A stretch of 64,000 nucleotides of DNA from Alphaproteobacteria bacterium (GTDB lineage: Bacteria > Pseudomonadota > Alphaproteobacteria > JACZXZ01), in the NCBI GenBank assembly GCA_052143835.1, contig JBKQRV010000145.1, positions 1,960 through 65,959 on the forward strand. The letters are read 5' to 3'. Within the stretch, counting starts at the first letter, position 1; each line of letters begins with the position of its first letter. Below, one piece after another: positions 29,374-39,213 of the stretch. The notes beneath the pieces were generated by a model that saw only the letters and a program-made list of their open reading frames with translations, was not told the origin of the DNA and did no database searches. The translations under genes were made by a program, and so were the position numbers.

Positions 29374-30510
29374 TCATCGATGCAGGAGGACCGAGGAGAT
29401 AATCGGCGAGACGCAAATATACTGCACGAGCTCGCAATCCCTCACCTGACGTCGCCCTGCCTCGCCTCGCACCTGGTGCACCGCCTCCGCGAGCAGCGCG
29501 AAGCCCTGCATATAGCCTTCAGCCGTGTGGCCGCCGCTCGTGTTGATCGGCAGATCGCCTTCAAGTTCAATCCGGCCTCCCTGCACCCAGTGGCCGCTTT
29601 CGCCCCGCTTGCAGAACCCGAAGCCCTCGAGCGCGAACAAGATGGTGGGCGTAAAATTGTCGTAGATCTGGGCGCAGTCGACGTCGCGCGGGCCGATGCC
29701 GGCCGCGCGGTACACTTCGCCGGCCACCCCGGCGCACGCGCTGTAAAAGTAGTCCTTCGAGGTGTAATGGGCGGTGAGATTGCTCGCCGTCGCACTGGCG
29801 GTAATGTAGGCTGCTGGCTGCTTGGACTGACGCGCGCGGTGCCCCGTGGTGACGATGAGACAGACGCCGCCATCGTTGATGAGGCAATAGTCCAAGAGCC
29901 GCAGCGGTTCCGCAATAAAGGGCGCAGCGTAATAATCCTTCCGGCTGATGGGCTTGCGCAGCACCGCCAGATCATTGAGAGCAGCATTGCTGCGGTTGTT
30001 GATAGCGAGCGCGGCCAAACCGTCACTCGGCGTCGCGTACTCGTATTGGTGGCGGCGATACATCATCGCCACATAGGCGCCCGGCGACGTCATGCCATAC
30101 ATCGCGTCGTAGGCGGCGGGCGCCGTGTTGTCGAAATGGCCGCCATACTTCTCGCCGACCGAGCGCCCGTTGTTACCGTAAAGAATCGCTACGGTCCGGG
30201 CTCGACCAAACATCACGGCATCGGCCGCCTGCTGCAGGGCGACCCCGGCCATCCGGCCCGTCGCCTCGAGGCTGTGAGAGAGGCGGAGGTGAGGCAAGCC
30301 GAGCTCGGTGGCTACCCGTTGGTAGGAAGGCAGCCGGACACAGATGATGCCATCGATTTCGGCCTTGTCGATGCCGCAGTCATCGAGTGCAAGCGCGAAC
30401 GCCTCGCCGGCAAGGTCATAGGCCGAGCGCGGGGCTCCACGACTATAAAGGGCGCCGAAATTAGTGGCACCTACGTCGGCAATCGCTGCCTTGTCTCTCT
30501 GGCGGCCCAT
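29374..30510 (-). CDS. Thiolase-fold protein, Ltp2/SCP-x-like (probable aldolase)
   Basis: Motifs PLRLLDYCLINDGG, QIYDNFT and PINTSGGHTAEGYMQG; no N-terminal catalytic Cys. Confidence 0.85.
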   Translation of the reverse strand: MGRQRDKAAIADVGATNFGALYSRGAPRSAYDLAGEAFALALDDCGIDKAEIDGIICVRLPSYQRVATELGLPHLRLSHSLEATGRMAGVALQQAADAVMFGRARTVAILYGNNGRSVGEKYGGHFDNTAPAAYDAMYGMTSPGAYVAMMYRRHQYEYATPSDGLAALAINNRSNAALNDLAVLRKPISRKDYYAAPFIAEPLRLLDYCLINDGGVCLIVTTGHRARQSKQPAAYITASATASNLTAHYTSKDYFYSACAGVAGEVYRAAGIGPRDVDCAQIYDNFTPTILFALEGFGFCKRGESGHWVQGGRIELEGDLPINTSGGHTAEGYMQGFALLAEAVHQVRGEAGRRQVRDCELVQYICVSPIISSVLLHR

Positions 30511-30550
30511 TTTAGCGCGTTCTCTGATCAAGGATGACACAATTCTTATA

Positions 30551-30567
30551 AATATGTATACCATATT
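30551..30567. promoter_or_regulatory. Putative GntR operator in divergent promoter
   Basis: AATATG-TATAC-CATATT in the 100-bp AT-rich spacer between divergent genes. Confidence 0.55.
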
Positions 30568-30610
30568 TCTTATTTGGTGTAAATATTGGCGAGAGGCACT
30601 TGGAGGAAAA

Positions 30611-31729
30611 ATGGCGGCATTGGATGGCATTCGCGTTCTCGATTTCAGCACGCTCGTGCCGGGCCCGCTGGCTGGATTGATGCTCGCTGAAGCGGGCGCC
30701 GATGTCATCAAGGTCGAGCGCCCGGGGACCGGTGACGATATGCGTGGCTATGAGCCGCGCGTGGGGGGTACCGGTATCGGGTTTTCGCTCCTGAATCGGG
30801 GCAAGCGAAGCCTGGCGCTCGACCTGCGCGACCCCGACGTTATTCGCTGGTTGTTGAGCTTCGCTGCCGAGGTCGACATCGTGATCGAGCAATTCCGGCC
30901 GGGCGTGATGGATCGGCTCGAGCTGGGCTACCAGGCGTTCTGCGCCGTCAATCCACGCATCATCTACTGCTCGATCACCGGTTATGGCCAGGAGGGGCCC
31001 AAGCACCACGTCGCGGGTCACGACCTGAGTTACCTCGCCGAAGTCGGGCTCCTGGATCTCTCGGCCGGGCCTGACGGGACGCCAAGCCTACCTCCGACGC
31101 TCATCGCTGACATCGGCGCAGGCTCATTCCCGGCGGTGGTCAACATCCTCCTGGCGCTGCGGACCCGCGACCGCACGGGGGAGGGCTGCCGCCTCGACAT
31201 CTCGATGACTGACAATCTCTTCGTCTTCGCCTTTTGGGCGCTCGCGGCCGGCCTCGGAACGGGACGGTGGCCGGTCCGTGGGCGAGAGCTCTTGACGGGA
31301 GGCTCTCCGCGCTACCGCGTCTACCGCACGGCGGATGGCCGCTTCGTTGCGGTGGCCGCGCTCGAGGACAAGTTCTGGCACGCTTTCTGCCAGCTTATCG
31401 AACTGCCCGTCGAGCTGCACGACGAGGCCCGAGCCCCCGCGGCGACGATCGCCGGCGTTGCCCAGAAGATCGCGGCGCGTCCCGCCGCGTTCTGGACGGA
31501 GGCCTTCCGCGACAAGGATGTGTGCTGCAGCGTGGTGCGGACGCTGGACGAAGCCTTGGCCGACCCTCACTTCCGGCAGCGCGGCCTGTTCGATGACCAG
31601 ATCGTCACGCCGTCGGGAACACTGCCCGCGCTTCCGGTCTCGATCGCCCCCGCGTTCCGGCGAAAGCTGCCGGCGGCTGCCGCTCCAGTCGCCGGCCAGG
31701 ACAACGAACTGATCCGCCCGCAGACCTGA
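30611..31729 (+). CDS. CaiB/BaiF family protein, alpha-methylacyl-CoA racemase-like
   Basis: Motifs LDGIRVLDFS..VPGP, NRGKRS, FRPGVMDRL, GHDLSY (AMACR GHDINY-like) and ADIGAG. Confidence 0.85.
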   Translation: MAALDGIRVLDFSTLVPGPLAGLMLAEAGADVIKVERPGTGDDMRGYEPRVGGTGIGFSLLNRGKRSLALDLRDPDVIRWLLSFAAEVDIVIEQFRPGVMDRLELGYQAFCAVNPRIIYCSITGYGQEGPKHHVAGHDLSYLAEVGLLDLSAGPDGTPSLPPTLIADIGAGSFPAVVNILLALRTRDRTGEGCRLDISMTDNLFVFAFWALAAGLGTGRWPVRGRELLTGGSPRYRVYRTADGRFVAVAALEDKFWHAFCQLIELPVELHDEARAPAATIAGVAQKIAARPAAFWTEAFRDKDVCCSVVRTLDEALADPHFRQRGLFDDQIVTPSGTLPALPVSIAPAFRRKLPAAAAPVAGQDNELIRPQT

Positions 31730-31785
31730 ACGATCACGGCATGTTTTCCTCGCCGCGCCCCGAGAGATGGCGCCTTGGGGCGGCG

Positions 31786-33288
31786 TCAGCGGCCAGCCAT
31801 CGCCTTTCGCAGTTCCGCCTTCTGGATCTTTCCCGTCTGGGTCAGCGGCAATGAATTCACTAGGACATACCGCCTCGGGACCTTATAGCTGGCGAGGAGC
31901 TCGCGACAATGCGCCTCGAGCTCATCGAGCGACAGTTCGCCAGCCTGCTTGGGAACGACGTAGGCAACCGCCAGTTCCCCCTTGACACGATCGGGTGCGC
32001 CGATAACGGCCGCCATGCGGACTTTCGGATGCCGGTTGATAACGTCCTCGATCTCCGCCGGGTAAATATTGGCGCCCCCGGTTATGATCATGTCCTTAAT
32101 GCGGTCGACTACGCGCAGAAAGCCGTCATCGAGAATCCCGATGTCTCCAGTGTGGAACCATCCGCCCGGCAGCGAGTCGAGGTTGACGCGGCCCTCTTCC
32201 CAATAGCCGCGGATGACGGTCAGGCCGCGAACCACGATCTCGCCAGCGGTACCCGGCGCGACAGGCCGATCCTCGGCATCCACGATCTTGGTCTCGACCG
32301 TGCCGCCCAGCGTGCCGGTGTACCCCGCGCGCCGCGGTGCGCCGAGCATCTCACGCGAGATCGCCCCGGCCTCGGTCGCGCCGTAGATGTTCAGCAGCGG
32401 CGCGCTAGTGAGCCTCTCGAACGTCCTCACGACCTCGGCCGAGATCGGGGCCCCCGCCACCGCGCAAACCCGCAGGCTGGACAATTCGCGAAGCGCCGCC
32501 GCTTTCTGATCGGCCAGCATCGCGTACATGGTCGGAACGCCGAACATCGCTGTCACCGAATGGCGTCGGATCAAGTCGCAGCAGCCGTCCGGATCGAACC
32601 GGCTCATGACGACGATGCTGGCGCCGACCAGGATTATCGGCAGGATGCAGTGTAGCGGCGCCGCCGCCCAGAACATCGGCGTCATCACGAGGAAGATATC
32701 GGAGGGGGCGTATCGGCAGGCGATCACCCAGCTATGAGCCACGTGATCTATGTACTCGTGGTCCTGCGGCGCGCCCTTCGGCTTCCCGGTCGTGCCAGAC
32801 GTGAAAAACAGCGTGACGATATCCGTCGGCGCGCGATCGGCAATGACAGGCTCGGTGCCCGGCGAGCCGATCCACCGGGCAAACAGCCCCTCAGGATCGT
32901 CATACGACGAGACATGGGCCGGGAAGGCCAGCGCACCACGCAACGATTCGAGCGAGGCCGCGCCTTCCGTAGTGGTCAGGACCAGTTTGATCCCGGTCGC
33001 CGAGAGCACATGCGCAAGCTCGGCAGGGCGGAACATGACATTGAGCGGCACCAGGATCGTGCCCGCCTGGATGGAGGCAAGGAGCGTGACGACAAGCTCC
33101 CATCGATTGTTGCCGTGATAGGAGATTCGATCGCCGGGCTCGATGCCCAGTCCGCGGATGCCGGCGGCAACACAGCTCACCAGCTCGGTGAGCTCGCGGT
33201 AGGTCAAACGTACGTCGCCGTCGATAACGGCGATCTTGTCCGGATAGCGCCGGGCCGACCTGAGGAGAAAATCTCCGACGATATTCAT
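31786..33288 (-). CDS. AMP-forming acyl-CoA ligase
   Basis: Motifs FTSGTTGKPKG, YGATE, GWFHTGD, DRIKDMIITGG and GKIQK. Confidence 0.93.
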   Translation of the reverse strand: MNIVGDFLLRSARRYPDKIAVIDGDVRLTYRELTELVSCVAAGIRGLGIEPGDRISYHGNNRWELVVTLLASIQAGTILVPLNVMFRPAELAHVLSATGIKLVLTTTEGAASLESLRGALAFPAHVSSYDDPEGLFARWIGSPGTEPVIADRAPTDIVTLFFTSGTTGKPKGAPQDHEYIDHVAHSWVIACRYAPSDIFLVMTPMFWAAAPLHCILPIILVGASIVVMSRFDPDGCCDLIRRHSVTAMFGVPTMYAMLADQKAAALRELSSLRVCAVAGAPISAEVVRTFERLTSAPLLNIYGATEAGAISREMLGAPRRAGYTGTLGGTVETKIVDAEDRPVAPGTAGEIVVRGLTVIRGYWEEGRVNLDSLPGGWFHTGDIGILDDGFLRVVDRIKDMIITGGANIYPAEIEDVINRHPKVRMAAVIGAPDRVKGELAVAYVVPKQAGELSLDELEAHCRELLASYKVPRRYVLVNSLPLTQTGKIQKAELRKAMAGR

Positions 33289-33365
33289 GTTCGTCGCCTT
33301 GCTGCGTGCACACCGCCACGGCCGGCGTCGCCGCGACTCCGGCCGTGGCGCCGGCTACTCTCTGC

Positions 33366-34124
33366 TTATACCATCGTCAAGCCGCCGCTGACGCTGAGGA
33401 CCTGGCCGGTCACAAAGCTCGAGTCGCCGGAGACGAAGAACAATACTGCCCGTGCGATCTCCTCGGGCTTGCCGAAGCGCTTGAGGGGAATCCACTTCTC
33501 GACGGAGCGCATAATCTTGCCGATGTTGGGGTCCGCGAGATTGGCCTGGAACTGCGGGGTATCGGTCAAGCCCGGGGAGATGCAATTCACGCGAATGCCG
33601 TGGCGGGCCTCTTCCCGTGCCAGCGACTTCGTGAAGCCGATCAGCCCGGCCTTGGCGGCGCCATAGACCGCCTCGCCGGTCGATCCGACGCGCGCCGCAT
33701 CGGACGAGATGAAGACGATCGCTCCGTAATTGCGCTCGATCATGTGCGGCAAGACCGCGTGGGTGACGTTTAGATGCCCCTTGAGGTTGAGGTCGATGAG
33801 GAAATCCCAATCGGACTCGGTGGTCTGCATGAAGGGCTTGATATCGTCGAAGCCTGCGTTGTTGACCAGAATGTCGATGCGCATATGCTTCGCCGCGACC
33901 TCCTTGACAACGCGACGAACATCGGCCGGCTTGGTAATATCGAGCTCGTAGGCCTCGGCAGCGCCACCGCGCTCCCGAACCTCGGCGGCGACCTTCCTCG
34001 CGTTCTCTCCGTTCTTGTCGCAGCTGATGACCGTGGCGCCCTCCTCCGCCAGCAGAAGGCAATCCGCGCGCCCCATTCCGCGGCCGCCACCGGTGATGAT
34101 CGCTACCTGATCCTTTAGCTTCAT
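33366..34124 (-). CDS. SDR, BadH-like hydroxyacyl-CoA dehydrogenase
   Basis: Motifs TGGGRGMG, NNAG and SSDAARVGSTGEAVYGAAK (BadH-like YxxxK region). Confidence 0.88.
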   Translation of the reverse strand: MKLKDQVAIITGGGRGMGRADCLLLAEEGATVISCDKNGENARKVAAEVRERGGAAEAYELDITKPADVRRVVKEVAAKHMRIDILVNNAGFDDIKPFMQTTESDWDFLIDLNLKGHLNVTHAVLPHMIERNYGAIVFISSDAARVGSTGEAVYGAAKAGLIGFTKSLAREEARHGIRVNCISPGLTDTPQFQANLADPNIGKIMRSVEKWIPLKRFGKPEEIARAVLFFVSGDSSFVTGQVLSVSGGLTMV

Positions 34125-34149
34125 TGGCTGGTCTCCCTTCTCTATTGGG

Positions 34150-35004
34150 TCAATCGAGCTTGAAGACGCGCGCCGCGGTATCGTGCAGCAGCGCCTTGCG
34201 CGCATCTTCCTTCAGATCGAGCTGATCGATAGCTGCGAGGCTGTCGACATGGTTGAGCACCGGGAAGTCGGTGCCGTACATGACCTTGGCCTTTCCGCGG
34301 CTATTGAGAAATCGAACGAGCGACGGGTCCCAGTACTTGGGCGAATGCGCTGTCGTCGAGATGTAAAGGTTCGGATGCTTCCAGGCCATCGCGATCATCT
34401 CCTCGACCCACGGCCAGCCCGTATGCGCGGCGACGATCTTCAAATCGGGGAAGTAGAGCGCGATGTCGTCAAGATAGATCGGCCGGCCGGGGTCGCTGGG
34501 CATGAACTCGGCGGAGTGCCCCATCTGGATCATCACGGGCACGTCTAGCTCCACGCACTTGGCATAGAACGGAAAGAAGGCCTTGTCGTCGGGCCGCAGC
34601 CCGAAGCCGTAATGATGCAAATGTGCGCAGATGAAGCCGTGATCCTTGATCGCCCGCTCGAGGGCCTGAACGCCTTTCATCTTGTGGTGCGGGTTGATCC
34701 CGAACATCCCCTTGTAGCGCTTGGGGTCGGCCGCCATCACTTCGGCCACCTCCTCGATCGCCATGTCCCACAGCATGGCCTGGAATTTCCAGGAGCGCAT
34801 CTGCCAGACCGGGACGAAGACGGTGGCCACGCCGACGGCGTCGAGCAGCTTGGCGAACTCCTGCGGCGTCCACCCGCGCATCCGGCCCTGCATGCGCCAC
34901 CACTTGACGATCTGCGCCATCTCCGAATTCTCGATGTAATTCTTCTTGATCGACGCCGGTGTGAACAAGTTGCACCAGGTGTCGATGATCGGATAGTTGA
35001 CCAT
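34150..35004 (-). CDS. Amidohydrolase_2 family protein
   Basis: Motifs FFPFYAKCVELDVPV, GRPIYLDDIALYFPDLKIVAAHTGWPW and MYGTDFP. Confidence 0.88.
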   Translation of the reverse strand: MVNYPIIDTWCNLFTPASIKKNYIENSEMAQIVKWWRMQGRMRGWTPQEFAKLLDAVGVATVFVPVWQMRSWKFQAMLWDMAIEEVAEVMAADPKRYKGMFGINPHHKMKGVQALERAIKDHGFICAHLHHYGFGLRPDDKAFFPFYAKCVELDVPVMIQMGHSAEFMPSDPGRPIYLDDIALYFPDLKIVAAHTGWPWVEEMIAMAWKHPNLYISTTAHSPKYWDPSLVRFLNSRGKAKVMYGTDFPVLNHVDSLAAIDQLDLKEDARKALLHDTAARVFKLD

Positions 35005-35030
35005 GTATTACATCTCCTTGGGCGAGTGAT

Positions 35031-36266
35031 TCAGACGATGTCTTGGCGACGGAGCTCGGATATCTCCGCTTCGTCGAGGCCGAGCTCATCGCCGAGGATC
35101 TGGTCGGTGTGCTCGCCGAGGAGCGGCGCTCGACACAGCGGGCTCGCGACTTCGCCGACGCCGCGTACCGGAATCCCGGGCGCCAATATCCCAGGCAGTA
35201 TTCCTGTAAGCGGGTGCTCCACCGGGTGCAGCATGCCGTGCGCGCGGAGGGACGGATCGCCCGCGAGCTCGTCCAATGTTTCGACGACCTTGGCGCACGG
35301 CACGCCATTGGCCGCCATCAGGGCGACGACGGCCTCGACGGTCTGCTCGGCGACCCAGGCCGCTACCTTTTGGTCGAGCCATTCCTGCCGGCGGATGCGG
35401 GCCGCCAGCGGAACGAGCTCGGCGACTTCCAGCTCGGGCACCCCCATCACCTTTGCCAGTCGACGCCAAAGGCGTGGTGGTGCGGCGTTCAGAGCGACAT
35501 AGCCGTCGCGACAGGAATAGACGTTGCATGGCGACAAGCGCGGAATGCGGCTGCCCGTCCGCAGCGGATAGCCCCAGCCCACTTGCGCCTCCACTGGCTC
35601 GACCATCAGCATCGCGACGAGGGAATCATGCATGGGAATGTCGATCGCCATCCCTCGTCCGGTGCGATCCCGTTGACGCACCGCGGCGAGAATGCCGATT
35701 ACAGCGTAAAGGGCCGGCACGGTGTCGCCGAAGCTGATCCCGGTGCGCACAGGAGGTCCGTCCGGAAATCCGTTGGTGGCCATCGTCAGCGAGCTTGCCT
35801 GGATGATCGGATCGAAGGCGCCGAGGTCTTTCTTCGGGCCCGTCCGACCAAAGCCCGAGATGGAACACAAGATGATCTGCGGGTTCTCGGCGGCCAGCGT
35901 CGCGTAATCGAGTCCCCAGCGCTCCATGACGCCCGGCGCGAGGTTCTCGATCACCACGTCCGCCCGCTTCGTTAGCCGGAGGAAGATCTCGCGTCCCTTG
36001 GCAACACCCAGATCCAGAGTCACGCTTCGCTTGCCCCGGTTTCGCTTGAGGATCGCCACGGACTCGTCCGCGGGCGACGTCTGCTCGAGCAACTCGGTGC
36101 CGTCGGGTCCGCAGAACGGCGGGAAGGTCCGCGCCGGATCCCCGCCGTCGCGGCGCTCGATCTTGATCACGTCGGCGCCCAGACCTGCCAGCGTCATGGT
36201 GGCAAAGGGACCGGACAAGTAAGCGGTAAGGTCGAGAACCCGCAACCCTGACAATGACTCACGCAT
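35031..36266 (-). CDS. Class III (CaiB/BaiF) CoA-transferase
   Basis: Motifs LSGLRVLDLT.YLSGP, NRGKRSVTLDL, SISGFG and APLLGEHT. Confidence 0.92.
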   Translation of the reverse strand: MRESLSGLRVLDLTAYLSGPFATMTLAGLGADVIKIERRDGGDPARTFPPFCGPDGTELLEQTSPADESVAILKRNRGKRSVTLDLGVAKGREIFLRLTKRADVVIENLAPGVMERWGLDYATLAAENPQIILCSISGFGRTGPKKDLGAFDPIIQASSLTMATNGFPDGPPVRTGISFGDTVPALYAVIGILAAVRQRDRTGRGMAIDIPMHDSLVAMLMVEPVEAQVGWGYPLRTGSRIPRLSPCNVYSCRDGYVALNAAPPRLWRRLAKVMGVPELEVAELVPLAARIRRQEWLDQKVAAWVAEQTVEAVVALMAANGVPCAKVVETLDELAGDPSLRAHGMLHPVEHPLTGILPGILAPGIPVRGVGEVASPLCRAPLLGEHTDQILGDELGLDEAEISELRRQDIV

Positions 36267-37230
36267 TGTGTCTTCCTTCGACCTTAAGCAGGGAAAGCGC
36301 GTTAGCGCCGAGAATCAGGTCGACATCCCTCTCGCTGAAATCGGCGCTCACTTCCGGCAGACGTCGAATCGCGGCGAGCCACGCGGCGAGCGTGGATTTG
36401 TTCTTGCCGACGCTCGGGCCGCTCAAATGGTCGCTGCCGAAGAGCAACCGGTCCGACCCGATCTCGGACTTGAACTCCGTCAGAATTCGAACAAATTCCT
36501 CGTAGTGCCGCGACGCGAGCTTGTACCACTGCGAAATCTCGAGATAGACATTGGGATTGCGCCGTGCCACGACGACCGCCTCGTCCCATTGATACGGAAA
36601 GCCGGCATGCCCGATGATGATCTTGAGCTCCGGAAGCTCCGCCTGAACGTCGCCGAGGAGGAGCGGGCTCCCGTAGCGCGGCCGCATCGGGTAGTTCGCA
36701 CCCCCTGTGTGGAACAGAACGGGGATATCCTCCTCGACGGCGACGCGGCAAACAGCGAGCGACTCCGGGCAGGCGGGATCGAAACCGGCCGGAGGGTACA
36801 GATTAACGCCTTTCAGGCCGTACTTCCTGGCGGTCGTCCGAATGAATGCCGGCGCATCGTTTCGCCGCGGATCGATCGAGGTATAGGAATAGTACCGTCC
36901 CGCCCAGCGTTGCTGCAGGAGGGCGTTGTGCTCGACGATCTCCTCGATCGAGGCGCGCGGCTCGCCGATCGCGAGGCCGTAGTCGAGCGGATGACTGACG
37001 ACCGTTTCGATCCCTGCCGCATCGAGATCGGCCATCAGGAAGGTCGCGTCCGGATCGAGGATCCTCGCCTCCAGCCGGTGCGCAAGGGATTGGCTGTCCG
37101 AATCGCCCGGCCGGCTTGCGACAAGATGACGAGCTATCGTGTCGAACCATCGCGGCGGCAGATGCCCCGCCGCAAATAGATGCACGTGAAAGTCGACAAC
37201 GAATTTCTCACGATTGCTCTCGGCGATCAT
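36259..37230 (-). CDS. Amidohydrolase_2 family protein
   Basis: Motifs VVDFHVH, PVLFHTG, IIGHAGFP and LFGSDH; ATGA overlap with the upstream gene. Confidence 0.88.
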   Translation of the reverse strand: MIAESNREKFVVDFHVHLFAAGHLPPRWFDTIARHLVASRPGDSDSQSLAHRLEARILDPDATFLMADLDAAGIETVVSHPLDYGLAIGEPRASIEEIVEHNALLQQRWAGRYYSYTSIDPRRNDAPAFIRTTARKYGLKGVNLYPPAGFDPACPESLAVCRVAVEEDIPVLFHTGGANYPMRPRYGSPLLLGDVQAELPELKIIIGHAGFPYQWDEAVVVARRNPNVYLEISQWYKLASRHYEEFVRILTEFKSEIGSDRLLFGSDHLSGPSVGKNKSTLAAWLAAIRRLPEVSADFSERDVDLILGANALSLLKVEGRHNA

Positions 37231-38021
37231 TGTATGACTTCTTGCGTGGAAGACGCGGGCCGCTGGCGGGACGATTGCGCGCGGAAGTCTCGCAGCAGCT
37301 CCTGATTGCGCTCCGTCTCGTAGCAACCCTGAAACAACTTCGTTTCGAGATCGTTGGTATCGGCGCGACTTTCGGCTGCATGCGCGCACATCAACACCGC
37401 CCGTACGGCGTTCGGCTCGAACCGAGTCCATTGACGTGCGAGGCTGAGCGTCGCGCTGGCGAGTTCGGCTGAGCCGGCTATGCGTTCCACGATCCCCAGG
37501 ACGTGGGCCTGATCGGCGGGGATCAGTTCCGCCGAAAGCACCAGATCGCGAGTCTTGCCGGCGCCGATCAGCTTGGTGAGCCTGCGTATACCGCCAGCGG
37601 CCGGAAACATGCCGAATTTGAGCTCGGGCAAGCCCACCCGCGCATGAGAGGCGGCAACCCGGAGATGGCAGGCCAGGGCAAGCTCGAAACCGCCCCCCAC
37701 CGCGATCCCGTTCAGCGCGGCGATGACCGGCTTGTCGCTCGTTTCGAGAAGATCGACCACCCGGTGCCAGTAGGCGAGGTGGGCGCCGATGTCCGGAACA
37801 TTGCCCGCAAGTTCGGCGATATCGGCCCCGGCACAGAAGAATTTCTCGCCGGTCCCCGTCAGAATTATCGCGCGCACCTCGGGGTCGGCGAGATAAGCGC
37901 GCAATCCACTGGCGAGCTGCTCAAGATCTGGCTCAGCCAATGCATTGGCCGCGTGCTGCCGGTCAATGCGCAGAATCGCGACGGCTCCGTTATGCTCCTG
38001 CACAATCGATGCAGTGCCCAT
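37227..38021 (-). CDS. Enoyl-CoA hydratase/isomerase
   Basis: Motifs FCAGADI, GGGFELALACH and GLPE (both catalytic Glu present). Confidence 0.92.
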   Translation of the reverse strand: MGTASIVQEHNGAVAILRIDRQHAANALAEPDLEQLASGLRAYLADPEVRAIILTGTGEKFFCAGADIAELAGNVPDIGAHLAYWHRVVDLLETSDKPVIAALNGIAVGGGFELALACHLRVAASHARVGLPELKFGMFPAAGGIRRLTKLIGAGKTRDLVLSAELIPADQAHVLGIVERIAGSAELASATLSLARQWTRFEPNAVRAVLMCAHAAESRADTNDLETKLFQGCYETERNQELLRDFRAQSSRQRPASSTQEVIQ

Positions 38022-39166
38022 CAGGAAAACTCCTTGACGAGTTGGCGAAAGACAAGCGCTCGCTGCAGCTCGTTGGCCCCCTCGAAGATTTGGATCGCCT
38101 TGGCGTCGCGCATCATGCGCTCAACCGGGTGCTCGGCGGTGTAGCCATGCCCGCCCAGGAGCTGGACGGCGTTCGTCGTGACGCGCATTGCCACGTCGGA
38201 GGCGAAGTACTTGGCCATCGAGGCGAAGCGGGAGACCGGCTCACCGGCATCGGCTCTGCGCGCAGCCTCCCGTGTCAGCTGTCGCGCGGCCTCGATTTCC
38301 GTGGCCATATCGGAGAGAATGAACTGAGGTCCCTGGAGATCGCTCAAGCGCTGGCCGAAGACGGATCGCTCCTGCACATATTTAAAGGCATACTCAAACG
38401 CGCCTTGCGCCAAGCCGACCGCCATGGCGCCGAGACCGACGCGCGAGTACTCGAGGCTAGCCATGGCCTCGCGAAAGAGACCTCTCGGGCCGAGGCAATG
38501 GGATGCCGGCACCCATAGGTCCTGGAGGGTAATCTCACAGAGCGGCGCCCCCCGCAGCCCCATCTTCTTCTCTTGCCGCGAGATGATGAAGCCATCCTGC
38601 GGCGGGCGCACGGCGAAACAGGAGATGCTCTCGTTGGTCGGCAAGGTAGTGATGCGGGCAAACACCAGTACCAATTCCGCTTTGCTTGCCCAGCTCGAGA
38701 AGCACTTGATGCCGTTCAACCGGTATCCATCCGCGTCGGGCCGCGCCGTTGCTCTGATCCGCGCAGCATCGGAGCCGGCCTCGGGCTCGGTGAGGGCATA
38801 CGCCGTGACGAGCTGCTTCTCGGCGATCTCCGCCAGCAAGGCATCCCCGCACGCGTGGTTCGGGGCTTGGCGAAGCAAGAAGGCGTTGTTGCCTTGCAAA
38901 TGAACGAGCGTCGCCGTCGTGCAATCGGCCGCCGCCAGGGTCTCGACCACATCGCAATAAAGCGCGACCGACCCAGCCGCTCCGCCCAGTTCCTCGGGAA
39001 TCATGAGGGCGGTGAGGCCCGCCGACTTTATCTCGCGCCAGAGCTTCGGGTCGTAGTTGGCCTGGGCGTCGATGTCCTTTGCCTTGAGACGCGCGCGATC
39101 GCCAACTTTGGCAACCGTTGCCAAGATGGCATTCTCGGTATTGGATCGTGTTGTGACGGTTGCCAT
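38021..39166 (-). CDS. Acyl-CoA dehydrogenase
   Basis: Motifs YALTEPEAGSDA, KKMGLRG, QLLGGHGY and RDAKAIQIFEGANE. Confidence 0.94.
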   Translation of the reverse strand: MATVTTRSNTENAILATVAKVGDRARLKAKDIDAQANYDPKLWREIKSAGLTALMIPEELGGAAGSVALYCDVVETLAAADCTTATLVHLQGNNAFLLRQAPNHACGDALLAEIAEKQLVTAYALTEPEAGSDAARIRATARPDADGYRLNGIKCFSSWASKAELVLVFARITTLPTNESISCFAVRPPQDGFIISRQEKKMGLRGAPLCEITLQDLWVPASHCLGPRGLFREAMASLEYSRVGLGAMAVGLAQGAFEYAFKYVQERSVFGQRLSDLQGPQFILSDMATEIEAARQLTREAARRADAGEPVSRFASMAKYFASDVAMRVTTNAVQLLGGHGYTAEHPVERMMRDAKAIQIFEGANELQRALVFRQLVKEFS

Positions 39167-39213
39167 GTCCCAGCCTCGATCTACGGTTCCACGAGCGGAA
39201 GCGGGCCAGCGGC

